The notes under the pieces are model-generated. The model was given only the letters and a program-made list of their open reading frames with translations. It was not told the DNA's origin and searched no databases. Below, one piece after another: positions 27,928-38,491 of a stretch of DNA of 64,000 bases; position 1 is the stretch's first letter; each line of letters starts with the position of its first letter. The translations under genes and the position numbers were made by a program. This DNA comes from an uncultured Gemmatimonadales bacterium (lineage in GTDB: Bacteria; Gemmatimonadota; Gemmatimonadetes; Gemmatimonadales; Gemmatimonadaceae). Location: contig CAWKNZ010000006.1 in assembly GCA_963851265.1 (NCBI GenBank), positions 96,001 to 160,000 of the forward strand, given 5' to 3'.

Positions 27928-30192
27928 TTAGGCGGTCGGGCGCGGGGCGGCGAGGAGCTCCGCGAACGCGGCGGCCGGGAGCGGACGCGCGAAGTGGTAT
28001 CCCTGTCCGTACCCGCAGCCGAGCGCGCGGAGCACGTCGGCCTGCGCGGCGCGCTCGACCCCCTCGGCCACCACGCGGAGCCCGAGCGCCGCGCCGAGCG
28101 CGACGATCGCGCGCGTGAGCACCGGGTCGTGCCCGTCGGTCGCGACCCCGTCCACGAAGCTCTTGTCGATCTTGAGCACGTCCACCGGGAAACGCTGCAG
28201 GTAGCTGAGCGAACTGTACCCCGTCCCGAAGTCGTCGACCGCGAGCGTGACGCCCAGCGTCTTCAGCTCGGTGAGGCGCGCGACCGCCGCGTCCGTGTCG
28301 GCGAGCATCGCGGTCTCGGTGATCTCGAGCGTGAGCGCGCCGGCCGGGAGCCCCGCCGCCGCGAGCGCGTCGCGCACCTCGGCGACGATGGACGCGTGGT
28401 GAATCTGCAGCGCGGCGAGGTTGACGCTCACCGACGGCCGCCGCCCGCCGGCCGCCGACTGCCACCGTGCCGCCTCGCGACACGCTTCCTCCAGCACCCA
28501 GCGCCCGATCGAGACGACGAGCCCCGTCTGTTCGGCCACCGGAATGAACTCGATGGGCGGGATCATCCCGCGCACGGGGTGCTGCCAGCGGACGAGTGCT
28601 TCCGCCCCGACGACGTGCCCCGTGTCGAGGTCGACGAGCGGCTGATAGTGCAGCACCAGCTCGCCGCGTTCGGCCGCGCCGCGCAGATCGTTCTCGAGCG
28701 CGCGGCGTTCCTGCGCGCGGTGGTGCATCGCCGGCACGAACAGCTCGTGGCGCCCCTTGCCACCGTGTTTGGCGGCGTACATCGCCACGTCGGCGAAGCG
28801 CAGCAGGTCCTCCGCTGCGAGGTTCGCGTTGGCGTCCTCGGGCGAGGCACCGCCGGCCGCGGCGGCGTCGGAGCCGAGTGCGATCCCGATGCTCGCGACC
28901 GGGCGCAGCTCGGCGCCCTGCACGCACACCGGGGCCGCGAGCGTCGAGGCGACGCGCTCGGCGGCGACCACGGCCTCGCCCGCGTCGTGCACGCCGCGCA
29001 GCAGGATCGCGAACTCGTCGCCGCCGAGGCGCGCGACGGTGTCGGAGCCGCGCGTGGCCCGGAGCAGGCGACTCGCGACTTCGATCAGGAGGACGTCGCC
29101 GGCCGCGTGCCCCAGCGCATCGTTCACCCCCTTGAAGTCGTCGAGGTCGACGTAGAGCACCGCCAGCGACGCCCGGCCGCCCGGGTCGGCCGCGGCGCGC
29201 GCGAGTCGCTCGCGGAAGCGCGTCCGGTTCGGCAGCCCCGTGAGGGCGTCGTGCCGCGCGTCGTGGACGAGTTGCTCCTCCGCCCGCTTGCGGTCCGAGA
29301 TGTCGGTCTGCGACCCCGCCATGCGGACGACCGCGCCCAACGCATCGACGACGCGGACACCGCGCAGGTGCACCCAGCGGTACGCGCCGTCGCGGTGCGC
29401 GATCCGGTACTCGAGTTCGAAGAGGCTGTCCGGCGCCGCTTGCGGCAGCAGCAGCTCGGCGCGTACGCCGGCGGCGTCTTCCGGGTGGATGCGCGCGAGC
29501 CACTCCGACGGCGTCGCGCCGACCTCGTGCTCGGCGTAGCCGATGATGTCCTTCCAGCGCGGCGAGAAGTAGACCGTGTTGGCCGACACGTTCCAGTCCC
29601 ACAGCCCGTCGTGCGCGCCGCGCGCGGTGAGCGCATACCGCGCCTCGCTCGCGGCGAGGTTCCCGGCGACCGTCCGTTCGCGTCGCGCCGTCATGTAGAA
29701 CACGAGCAGGACGGTGCTCAGGTTGCTGATGAAGAGCGCGGGGCTCAGTCGCGGGGCCGGAATCACGGCCGCGACCGCGACGACGCCCGCGACGGTGGCG
29801 ATCCCGTACGCCGCCAGCACGCGCGGGTCCTGGATCACCGCGCCGATCAGCGCGGCGATCATCATCAGCCCGATGTCGTACTCGCCGGCGAACGCGTTGA
29901 GCCGCAGCAGGTTGATCACCCAGACCGTGATCAGGATCAGGACCGCGTACAGCGCGCGACGGAAGCGGCGCCGGTTGGGAAGCTGCCCGAGCGCGACGAG
30001 CATCAGGCAGGCGCCGACGATGCACCACCGGTGCAGCCACGGGTCCACGGCGTTCGGCATGACGCGCGCGTAGACGAACCGGAACGCCACCACCGCGAGG
30101 GCGGCGAGCGCCGCGTAGCGCTGGAGCACCCGCACGTCGTCGGCGGCGGCGTCCGGCGTCGAGGCGCGTTTCGAGACCACGGCCGTCCTCAT
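27928..30192 (-). CDS. Membrane-anchored PAS-GGDEF-EAL c-di-GMP enzyme
   Basis: About 5-6 TM helices; PAS (DGLWDW, RIHPED); HDALTGLPNR; RGSD I-site with GGDEF; EAL; DDFGTGYSS; AEGVE. Confidence 0.92.
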   Translation of the reverse strand: MRTAVVSKRASTPDAAADDVRVLQRYAALAALAVVAFRFVYARVMPNAVDPWLHRWCIVGACLMLVALGQLPNRRRFRRALYAVLILITVWVINLLRLNAFAGEYDIGLMMIAALIGAVIQDPRVLAAYGIATVAGVVAVAAVIPAPRLSPALFISNLSTVLLVFYMTARRERTVAGNLAASEARYALTARGAHDGLWDWNVSANTVYFSPRWKDIIGYAEHEVGATPSEWLARIHPEDAAGVRAELLLPQAAPDSLFELEYRIAHRDGAYRWVHLRGVRVVDALGAVVRMAGSQTDISDRKRAEEQLVHDARHDALTGLPNRTRFRERLARAAADPGGRASLAVLYVDLDDFKGVNDALGHAAGDVLLIEVASRLLRATRGSDTVARLGGDEFAILLRGVHDAGEAVVAAERVASTLAAPVCVQGAELRPVASIGIALGSDAAAAGGASPEDANANLAAEDLLRFADVAMYAAKHGGKGRHELFVPAMHHRAQERRALENDLRGAAERGELVLHYQPLVDLDTGHVVGAEALVRWQHPVRGMIPPIEFIPVAEQTGLVVSIGRWVLEEACREAARWQSAAGGRRPSVSVNLAALQIHHASIVAEVRDALAAAGLPAGALTLEITETAMLADTDAAVARLTELKTLGVTLAVDDFGTGYSSLSYLQRFPVDVLKIDKSFVDGVATDGHDPVLTRAIVALGAALGLRVVAEGVERAAQADVLRALGCGYGQGYHFARPLPAAAFAELLAAPRPTA

Positions 30193-30434
30193 GTGCGCGC
30201 CGTCCGGCTGCGCGCGGCCGCTCGCAGGCGAACGCACGTCGCGGCGGACCGCTCGGCGCGGCGCACCTCGCGGAACGACGTCACGGACAGCATGGCGAGG
30301 AGACGAGTGGACGGGAGGGGCGCGGGGATCGCGCGGGGGTAGTGCCGTGTGGACGATCGAATGACGTGAATGCCACACGCCCGCGCGCCTGGGCGCCCCC
30401 GCCGCGCGCCCAGCCGGCGCGCCGCTTGGGTGCG

Positions 30435-32942
30435 TTACGCCGGCGCGCCCGCCGTGGGGGCCTCCTCCGAACCCTCGCCCGCGGCCCGGCCGGCAGCAGC
30501 GTGCGACCCGGGCCCGGGCGTCCCCGTCGTCACCCCCCACCGCCAGTCGCGGATCTCGGGCATGTCCTCGCCGCGCTCGGTCACGTACGCGCGGTGTGCG
30601 GCGAGCCGGTCGTGGCAGTATGCGGCGAGCGCCTCGCCCTCGGGCGACGTCGCCAGGTCCGGCACCCGCGCGATTACGTCGAGCGTGAGGTGAAAGCGGT
30701 CGATGTCGTTCAGCACGGTCATGTCGAACGGCGTGGTCGTCGTGCCCTCCTCCTTGTAGCCGCGGACGTGCAGGTTGGCGTGGTTGGTGCGCCGGTACGC
30801 GAGCCGGTGGATGAGGTACGGGTAGCCGTGGAACGCGAAGACGACGGGCCGGTCGGTCGTGAACAGCGCGTCGAACACCTCGTCCGTGACTCCGTGCGGG
30901 TGCTCCGTGTGTGGCTGCAGCGTCATCAGGTCGACGACGTTGACGACGCGCGTGCGGAGCCGCGGCAACCGCTCGCGGAGGAGCTGCGCGCAGGCGAGCA
31001 TCTCGAGCGTCGGCACGTCGCCGGCGCACGCGAGCACGACGTCGGGGTCGAGGTCTCCCGTCGTCCCGGCCCACTCCCACGACCCCAGCCCGGCGCGGCA
31101 GTGCTCGACCGCGGCGTCCATCGCGAGCCACTGCGGCGCGGGCTGCTTGCCCGCGACCACCACGTTGACGTAGCTGCGGCTCCGCAGGCAGTGGTCGGCC
31201 ACCGAGAGGAGCGTGTTCGCGTCGGGCGGCAGGTAGATGCGCACCACGTCGGCCTTCTTGTTCGCGATGTGGTCCAGAAAGCCCGGGTCCTGGTGGCTGA
31301 ACCCGTTGTGGTCCTGCCGCCAGACGTGCGACGTGAGCAGGTAGGTGAGCGACGGGACGGGCGCGCGCCACGGAATCCCGCGCGTCGTCTTGAGCCACTT
31401 GGCGTGCTGGTTGACCATCGAGTCGACGATGTGCACGAACGCCTCGTAGCACGAGAACAGGCCGTGGCGCCCGGTGAGCAGGTAGCCTTCGAGCCAGCCC
31501 TGGCACAGGTGCTCGCTCAGCACCTCCAGCACGCGACCGCCGTGGCCGACGTGCTCGTCGGTCGGCAGCGACGCGGCCTCGAGCTCGCGCCCGGTCACCT
31601 CGAACACCGCGTCCAAACGGTTGGAACTCGTCTCGTCGGGGCCGAAGAGGCGGAACGTTTCGGGGTTGGCGCGCATCACGTCGCGCAGCCAGGTGCCTAA
31701 CACGCGCGTCGCCTCGCCGTCTCGCGCGCCCGGGGCCGGCACGTCCACTCCGTAGTCGCGGAAGTTCGGGAGCGCGAGGTCGCGCGTGAGCAGCCCGCCG
31801 TTGGCGTGCGGGTTCGCGCCCATCCGGCGCGTCCCCTCCGGCGCGAGCGCGGCCAGCTCGGGGACGAGCGCGCCGTTCGCGTCGAACAGCGTCTCGGGCC
31901 GGTAGCTCCGCATCCAAGCCTCGAGCTGCCGCAGGTGCTCGGGTTCGTGCGCGAGGTTCGCGAGCGGTACCTGGTGCGCCCGCCACGTGCCCTCGACCGG
32001 GAGGCCGTCCACCACCTTGGGGCCCGTCCACCCCTTGGGTGTGACCAGCACGATCATCGGCCACCGCGGGCGCTCGGTCACGCCGTCCTCGCGGGCGCGC
32101 CGCTGGATGTCGCGCACCTCGCCGACCACCGCGTCTAACGCCGCCGCCAGCTGCTGATGCACGAGCACGGGGTCATCCCCCTCGACCACGCGCGGCGCGT
32201 AGCCGTAGCCGTGCAGCAGCTCGAGCAATTCGGCGCGTGGGATCCGCGCGAGCACGGTGGGGCCCGCGATCTTGTAGCCGTTGAGGTGCAGGATGGGCAG
32301 CACCGCGCCGTCGCGCGCGGGGTCGAGGAACTTGTTCGAGTGCCAGCTCGCGGCGAGCGGCCCGGTCTCGGCCTCGCCGTCGCCGATCACGCAGCAGACG
32401 AACAGGTCGGGGTTGTCGAACGCGGCTCCGGTCGCGTGCACGAGCGCGTAGCCGAGCTCCCCCCCCTCGTGGATCGACCCGGGCGTCTCGGGCGCGACGT
32501 GGCTCGGGATGCCGCCGGGGAAGGAGAACTGCTTGAACAGCCGCTGCATGCCCGCGGCGTCGCGCGAGACGTGGGGGTACACCTCGCTGTACGTGCCCTC
32601 GAGGTAGACGTTGGCGACCACGCCCGGGCCGCCGTGCCCCGGTCCGGCGATGTAGATCGCGTCGAGCCCGTGCCGCCGGATCGCGCGGTTCATGTGCGCG
32701 TAGACGAGGTTGAGCCCGGGCGTCGTGCCCCAGTGACCGAGCAGCCGCGGCTTGACGTGCGCGAGCGTGAGCGGCTCCCGCAGGAGCGGGTTGTCGAGCA
32801 GGTAGATCTGCCCGACGGACAGGTAGTTGGCCGCGCGCCAGTAGGCGTCGATCAGATGCAGCTCGTCCTCCCCGAGCGGAGCCGGCTGGGGCGGGGCAGC
32901 GGGCGTGCCGTCGGGCTCGGTGGGGTGGAGAACGGACGTCAT
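30435..32942 (-). CDS. xfp: Phosphoketolase (xylulose-5-P/fructose-6-P)
   Basis: [77 protein letters not shown]. Confidence 0.97.
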   Translation of the reverse strand: MTSVLHPTEPDGTPAAPPQPAPLGEDELHLIDAYWRAANYLSVGQIYLLDNPLLREPLTLAHVKPRLLGHWGTTPGLNLVYAHMNRAIRRHGLDAIYIAGPGHGGPGVVANVYLEGTYSEVYPHVSRDAAGMQRLFKQFSFPGGIPSHVAPETPGSIHEGGELGYALVHATGAAFDNPDLFVCCVIGDGEAETGPLAASWHSNKFLDPARDGAVLPILHLNGYKIAGPTVLARIPRAELLELLHGYGYAPRVVEGDDPVLVHQQLAAALDAVVGEVRDIQRRAREDGVTERPRWPMIVLVTPKGWTGPKVVDGLPVEGTWRAHQVPLANLAHEPEHLRQLEAWMRSYRPETLFDANGALVPELAALAPEGTRRMGANPHANGGLLTRDLALPNFRDYGVDVPAPGARDGEATRVLGTWLRDVMRANPETFRLFGPDETSSNRLDAVFEVTGRELEAASLPTDEHVGHGGRVLEVLSEHLCQGWLEGYLLTGRHGLFSCYEAFVHIVDSMVNQHAKWLKTTRGIPWRAPVPSLTYLLTSHVWRQDHNGFSHQDPGFLDHIANKKADVVRIYLPPDANTLLSVADHCLRSRSYVNVVVAGKQPAPQWLAMDAAVEHCRAGLGSWEWAGTTGDLDPDVVLACAGDVPTLEMLACAQLLRERLPRLRTRVVNVVDLMTLQPHTEHPHGVTDEVFDALFTTDRPVVFAFHGYPYLIHRLAYRRTNHANLHVRGYKEEGTTTTPFDMTVLNDIDRFHLTLDVIARVPDLATSPEGEALAAYCHDRLAAHRAYVTERGEDMPEIRDWRWGVTTGTPGPGSHAAAGRAAGEGSEEAPTAGAPA

Positions 32943-33060
32943 GACACTCCGGGTAGGGGGAACGCCGCAGGCCCGCCGCAGCGTGCGTGCCACCTGCACC
33001 CGTCGTGTACCTTCTGCCGCGGCCGATCGCGCGTCGTCTCCTCCTTCCGCTCTCTCGCCG

Positions 33061-34374
33061 ATGCTCGGATTTCGTCGCTTGCGTGTGTTTGTAACGATCG
33101 TGCTCGCGGCACCGTCGCCGCTCCTGGCCCAGCCCGCGACCACGGGCGGCTTCAGCGCGGCGCGGCTGGCGCGGATCGACAGCGTCTTCCAGGGCGCGGT
33201 CGATCGCGGCGAGATGGCCGGTGCGGTCGCGCTCGTTCTCCGCGACGGGCAACCGGTGTACGAGCGGGCAATCGGATGGGCCGACCGCGACGCGGGGCGG
33301 CGCATGACACCGTCGACGCTCTTCCGCATCGCGTCGCAGACGAAGGCGCTGACGAGCGTCGCGGTCATGATGCTCGTCGAGGAAGGCAGGCTCGGGCTCT
33401 CGGACCCCGTGGCGCGCTACATCCCGGCGTTCGCGCACACGACGGTCGCGGAAGGTACGGACGCCGGCCGCGCCGCGGTGCCGGCCCGCCGCGCGATCAC
33501 CATCCGTGACCTGCTGACGCACACGTCGGGGATCTCGTACGGCACCGACAGCGTCGTCGCCCCGCTCTACGCGGCGCGCGGGCTGGGGCCCGCCGCCGGC
33601 TTCGGCTGGTATCTCGCCGACAAGCCCGCACCCATCTGCGCGACCGTCGACCAGATCGCGTCGCTCCCGTTCGTCGCCCAGCCCGGCGAGCGCTTCGTCT
33701 ACGGCTACAGCACGGACGTGCTCGGCTGCGTGGTCGAGCGCGTGTCGGGCACGCCGCTGGACGCGTTCTTCCGCGAGCGCATCACGGGCCCGCTCGGCAT
33801 GCGCGACACGCGCTTCTTCGTCCCGCCGGCCGAGCGGGCGCGGCTCGCGACCGTGTACGCGAGCGCCGGGCCGGCGCCCGGCGGGACGCGCGCGGCGCCG
33901 GTGCGGCCCGCGCCGGCCGGCGCGCGCGGGCAGGGCGACTACGTGGACGGCCCGCGCGTCAGCTTCTCCGGAGGCGCCGGGCTCACCTCGACCGCGCGCG
34001 ACTACGCGCGCTTCCTCGAGATGCTGCGCAACGGCGGGGCGCTCGGGGGCGTGCGCCTGCTCGGGCCCAAGACCGTCGCGCTGATGACGACGAACCAGAC
34101 CGGGACGCTGTTCTCCGCGGGCGGCGAGGGATTCGGGCTCGGGTTCCAGGTATTGGAGCGCGCCGGTGCGAACGGGCGAGCGGAGTCGGTGGGTACCTTC
34201 GGTTGGGGCGGCGCCTACGGCAGCACGTACGAGGTCGATCCGAAGGAAGGGATCGTGCTCGTCGTCCTCACCCAGCAGCTGCCGAACGCGAGCGACGCGC
34301 TCGGCCGGTTCCCGATGCTCGTCTACCAGGCGCTCGTCGAACCGCGGGGGGGCGCTGACGCGGGCCGGCGCTGA
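33061..34374 (+). CDS. Serine hydrolase, beta-lactamase class C / esterase family
   Basis: Signal peptide; FRIASQTK (SxxK); [20 protein letters not shown]. Confidence 0.9.
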   Translation: MLGFRRLRVFVTIVLAAPSPLLAQPATTGGFSAARLARIDSVFQGAVDRGEMAGAVALVLRDGQPVYERAIGWADRDAGRRMTPSTLFRIASQTKALTSVAVMMLVEEGRLGLSDPVARYIPAFAHTTVAEGTDAGRAAVPARRAITIRDLLTHTSGISYGTDSVVAPLYAARGLGPAAGFGWYLADKPAPICATVDQIASLPFVAQPGERFVYGYSTDVLGCVVERVSGTPLDAFFRERITGPLGMRDTRFFVPPAERARLATVYASAGPAPGGTRAAPVRPAPAGARGQGDYVDGPRVSFSGGAGLTSTARDYARFLEMLRNGGALGGVRLLGPKTVALMTTNQTGTLFSAGGEGFGLGFQVLERAGANGRAESVGTFGWGGAYGSTYEVDPKEGIVLVVLTQQLPNASDALGRFPMLVYQALVEPRGGADAGRR

Positions 34375-34473
34375 CGCCGGCGGGCCCGCGCCCTTGCGTG
34401 CGGGCTACGTCGGGGCGCACTGTGCGATGGTCGTTCCGTGCCTGTTCGCGCTCACCCGCCCGAGGTTGCTCGC

Positions 34474-37400
34474 GTGACCGCTCTCCCGCCTTCCCGTGCC
34501 CCCCGGCGCGCCCTGTGGCGCGTCGCACCCGCCGCCGTGCCCGCCGCGGTCGCCGCCCTCCTCACCGTGCTCCCCCCCGCGCGATCGACGGCGCAGGCCG
34601 CGGCCGCGCCCGGGGCGCCGACCGCCGGCTCCGACACCAGCGCCTTCGGCGCGCTCACGTGGCGCGAGATCGGCCCCTACCGCGGCGGCCGCTCGGTGAC
34701 CGTGGCGGGGAGCGCCGCCCGGCCGCTCGAGTACTGGATGGGCACGACCGGTGGCGGCGTGTTCAAGACCGCCGACGGCGGAATGACGTGGGCGCCCACG
34801 AGCGACAAGGCGTTCGGCGGCACGGTCGGCTACATCGGCGTGAGCGCGAGCAACCCCGACGTGGTCTACGTCGGCACCGGCGAGTACGCCATCCGCGGCA
34901 ACGTCTCGCACGGCGAGGGGGTGTACAAGACCACCGACGGCGGCAAGACGTGGAGCTTCGTCGGGCTGAAGGCGACGCGCCAGATCAGCCGCGTGCGCGT
35001 GCACCCCACCAACCCGAACGTGGTGTGGGTGGCCGCCCAGGGGGCGTTCTGGGGGCCGAATAAGGAGCGCGGGGTCTACAAGACCACCGACGGCGGGGCG
35101 TCGTGGCGGCAGGTGCTGTTCCGCAACGATTCGACGGGCGCCTGTGACCTCGTCGTGGACCCGAGCAACCCGAACGTGCTCTACGCCGCGTTCTGGCAGT
35201 CGTACCGCAACGCGTACGCGCTGTCGTCGGGCGGGGCGGGCGGTGCGCTCTACAAGAGCACCGACGGCGGCGAGCACTGGGCCGAGCTCACGCACAACGC
35301 CGGGCTCCCCGGCGGCGTGTTAGGCAACATCGGGCTCGCCGTCTCGCCGGCCAACCCGCGGCGGCTCTGGGCGAGCATCGAGGCCGACTCGGGCGGCATC
35401 TACCGCAGCGACGACGCGGGCGCGACCTGGCGGCGCGTGAACGAGGACCGCAAGCTGCGGCAGCGCGCGTGGTACTACTCGCGCATCTTCGCCGACCCCA
35501 AGGACACCAACACCGTCTACGCGCTCAACGTCGGCTTCTACCGCTCCGTCGACGGCGGCCGGACCTTCAAGCAGCCGATCGCGGTGCCGCACGGCGACAA
35601 CCACGACCTGTGGATCGCGCCCAACGACCCGCAGCGGATGATCGAGGGCAACGACGGCGGCGCCACGGTGTCGATGAACGCCGGGAAGACGTGGACCGAG
35701 GAGAACTTCGCCACGGCGCAGTTCTACCACGTGACGGCGACCAACGAGTTCCCGTACCGGGTCTGCGGCGCGCAGCAGGACAACAGCACGCTCTGCGGGC
35801 CGAGCCGGTGGCCGGGCGGCATCGGGCGCGAGCTGTGGGTGGACGCGGGCGGGGGCGAGAGCGGCTACATCGCCGTCGACCCGCTGCACCCCGAGATCGC
35901 CTACGCGGGGAGCTACGGCGGGCTGCTCACGCGCAAGAACATGCGCACCGAGCAGGAGACGCAGGTGAACCCGTGGCCCGACAACCCGATGGGGCACTCG
36001 TCGGGCGACCTCGCGTACCGCTTCCAGTGGACGTACCCGATCGTGTTCTCGCCGCACGACCCGACGGTGCTCTACGCCGGCGGTAACCACGTCTTCCGCA
36101 CGGCCAACGGCGGGCAGAGTTGGGAGGTGATCTCGCCCGACCTCACGCGCCACGACCCGCGCACGATGGGCGCCTCGGGCGGGCCGATCACGAAGGACCA
36201 GACGGGCGTCGAGACGTACGCGACGATCTTCTCCATCGCCGAGTCGCCGCGCACGCGCGGCGTGATCTGGACGGGGAGCGACGACGGGCTGGTCTACCTC
36301 ACGCGCGACGGCGGCCGCGCGTGGCGGAACGTGACCCCGCCGGGGATGGGCGAGCTGCCGCGCATCTCGCTCGTCGAGGCGTCGCCGCACGACCCGGCGG
36401 TGGCCTACGTCGCCGCGAACCGGTACCAGTTCGGCGACCTGCGCCCGATGTTCTACAAGACGGCCGACTACGGCCGCACCTGGACGCCGATCGTCAACGG
36501 CCTCCCCGCCGAGGAGTTCGCGCGCGCGATCCGCGAGGACCCCGTGCGGCGCGGGCTGCTCTACGCGGCGACGGAGCGCGGCGTGTGGGTGTCGTTCGAC
36601 GACGGCGGCCGCTGGCAGAACCTGCGCCGCAACCTGCCGCCCGTGCCGGTGCACGACCTGCTCGTGAAGGAGGGCGACCTCGTCGCGGCGACGCACGGGC
36701 GCTCGTTCTACGTGATGGACGACCTCTCCGCGCTGCGGCAGATGACGCCGCAGACCGCGGCGTCCCCCGCGCACCTCTACGCGCCGCGCGACGCCTACCG
36801 CGTGAGCTGGGGCGGCGGGTTCGGCGAGGGGCGCCGCCAGGCCGGCAAGAACCCGCCGAGCGGCGCGTCCGTGTACTACTCGCTCGCCCGCCCCAACCAG
36901 GACGTGACGCTCGAGTTCCTCGACGCGCGCGGCCGGGTCATCCGCCAGTTCACGTCGCGGCTCGATTCGTTAGGCGTGGCCGACTCGGTGCGCGCCGACA
37001 GCGTGCGCCGCGCGCGCGCCGACTCGGTCGCGCGCGCCGGCGGGCTCCCGCGCACCCCCAACCCGCAGCTCGGCACCGCGGCCCTCCGCGCGGAGAGCGG
37101 CGTGGGAAGCCCGGGCGGCGAGCCCGAGGTCGACTTCGAGGAGCTCGCGCGTCGCGGGCCGCGCGCGCCGCGGGTGCCCAACAAGGCCGGGCTCAACACC
37201 TTCGCCTGGGACCTGCGCGAGCCGGACGCCGTGCGCTTCGACAACATGATCCTCTGGGCGGGATCGACCAGCGGCCCGATGGTGCCCCCGGGCACGTACG
37301 CGGTGCGGATGACCGTCGCGGGGCAGCCCGCGCAGACGCAGCGCCTCGTCGTGCGCGCCGACCCGCGCTCGAAGGCGACGCCCGCCGACGTGGAGGCCAC

Positions 37401-37923
37401 GGTCGCGCTGCAGCGCCACGTGCTCGACCGCCTGAGCGAGGCGAACCGCGCCGTGCGCACCGTGCGCAACGTGCGCGCCCAACTCGCCGCGCGCGCGGCG
37501 CAGGTGCCCGCGGGCGAGCGCGCCGCGTTCGACGCGCAGGCGCGCCCGCTGCTCGCCGCGCTCGCGGCCGCCGAGGAGGAGATCTACCAGGTGCGGAACC
37601 AGAGCTCGCAGGACCCGCTCAACTTTCCGATCCGCATCAACAACAAGCTCGCCGCGCTCGCCGGCGTCGTCGCCACCGCCGACCCGCGGCCGACGCGCCA
37701 GTCGTACGTCGTGTTCGACTCGCTCTCCAAGCAGCTGCAGACCCAGCTCGACGCCCTGCACCGCGCGACAGGTTCGCAGCTGACGGCGGTAAACGCGGCG
37801 CTCCAGCGCCTCGGCCTCAAGCCCGTCGTGCCCAGCGACGCGGAGATCCGCGCCGGCGGCACGCCGCAGATCACGGCGGAGGAGGACGAGGCGGCCGGCG
37901 AGGGCGAGCGCCGCCGGTGGTAG
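34474..37923 (+). CDS. Secreted VPS10/BNR repeat beta-propeller protein, putative glycosyl hydrolase (BNR3; start uncertain)
   Basis: WREIGPYRGGRS; Asp-boxes; HGDNHDLW; AATHGRSF. Confidence 0.9.
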   Translation: MTALPPSRAPRRALWRVAPAAVPAAVAALLTVLPPARSTAQAAAAPGAPTAGSDTSAFGALTWREIGPYRGGRSVTVAGSAARPLEYWMGTTGGGVFKTADGGMTWAPTSDKAFGGTVGYIGVSASNPDVVYVGTGEYAIRGNVSHGEGVYKTTDGGKTWSFVGLKATRQISRVRVHPTNPNVVWVAAQGAFWGPNKERGVYKTTDGGASWRQVLFRNDSTGACDLVVDPSNPNVLYAAFWQSYRNAYALSSGGAGGALYKSTDGGEHWAELTHNAGLPGGVLGNIGLAVSPANPRRLWASIEADSGGIYRSDDAGATWRRVNEDRKLRQRAWYYSRIFADPKDTNTVYALNVGFYRSVDGGRTFKQPIAVPHGDNHDLWIAPNDPQRMIEGNDGGATVSMNAGKTWTEENFATAQFYHVTATNEFPYRVCGAQQDNSTLCGPSRWPGGIGRELWVDAGGGESGYIAVDPLHPEIAYAGSYGGLLTRKNMRTEQETQVNPWPDNPMGHSSGDLAYRFQWTYPIVFSPHDPTVLYAGGNHVFRTANGGQSWEVISPDLTRHDPRTMGASGGPITKDQTGVETYATIFSIAESPRTRGVIWTGSDDGLVYLTRDGGRAWRNVTPPGMGELPRISLVEASPHDPAVAYVAANRYQFGDLRPMFYKTADYGRTWTPIVNGLPAEEFARAIREDPVRRGLLYAATERGVWVSFDDGGRWQNLRRNLPPVPVHDLLVKEGDLVAATHGRSFYVMDDLSALRQMTPQTAASPAHLYAPRDAYRVSWGGGFGEGRRQAGKNPPSGASVYYSLARPNQDVTLEFLDARGRVIRQFTSRLDSLGVADSVRADSVRRARADSVARAGGLPRTPNPQLGTAALRAESGVGSPGGEPEVDFEELARRGPRAPRVPNKAGLNTFAWDLREPDAVRFDNMILWAGSTSGPMVPPGTYAVRMTVAGQPAQTQRLVVRADPRSKATPADVEATVALQRHVLDRLSEANRAVRTVRNVRAQLAARAAQVPAGERAAFDAQARPLLAALAAAEEEIYQVRNQSSQDPLNFPIRINNKLAALAGVVATADPRPTRQSYVVFDSLSKQLQTQLDALHRATGSQLTAVNAALQRLGLKPVVPSDAEIRAGGTPQITAEEDEAAGEGERRRW

Positions 37924-38357
37924 CCCCGTTCGTCCCGCCGGACCGCTTCCACGCGACCACGTCGACCGTCCTCGACGGCTACGACGTGGTCGAGGTCCTC
38001 GGCCTCGTCCGCGGCATCACCGTGCGGTCGCGTTCGGTGTTCGGGCGCATCGGCGCGGGCTTTCAGCAGCTCGTGGGCGGTGAGGTCACCATCCTCACCG
38101 AACTCTGCGAGCAGACCCGCGCCCGCGCGTTCGAGATCGCCGTCGAGCACGCGCGCACGCTCGGCGGCAACGCGCTCATCGCGCTTCGCTACGACGCCAC
38201 CGAGATCATGTCGGGCGTGTCGGAGGTGTTGTGCTACGGCACCGCCGTGCGCGTGGTCGCGCGCGGCGCGGCGCGCGACCACGCGCGCGATGCGGCGACC
38301 GTCGAGATGGGCAGCGTCGCGATCGGGTCCGCCGCGGCGGTGTCGCGCCGAGTCTGA
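37917..38357 (+). CDS. YbjQ/UPF0145 family protein
   Basis: LGLVRGITVRSR, LVGGE, GGNALIALRYD, EVLCYGTAV; start overlaps the upstream stop. Confidence 0.85.
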   Translation: MVAPFVPPDRFHATTSTVLDGYDVVEVLGLVRGITVRSRSVFGRIGAGFQQLVGGEVTILTELCEQTRARAFEIAVEHARTLGGNALIALRYDATEIMSGVSEVLCYGTAVRVVARGAARDHARDAATVEMGSVAIGSAAAVSRRV

Positions 38358-38491
38358 CGGCGTCGCCGGTCGCGACACGGCGGCCGGCACTCTTGACAGA
38401 ATGTGGCGCCGGCCGCCTTTTGGCGGCGGGGCGCGCGGTAGGTGCCGCGCCCTGTCCTCCCAGCCGTCTCCCCCCCGTCGTCCGCCGCGCC

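Noticed and set aside
33061..34374. Beta-lactam resistance gene
   Set aside because: The SxxK and LLTHTSG motifs fit the broad esterase/serine-hydrolase family. There are no AmpC-specific features or mobile context.
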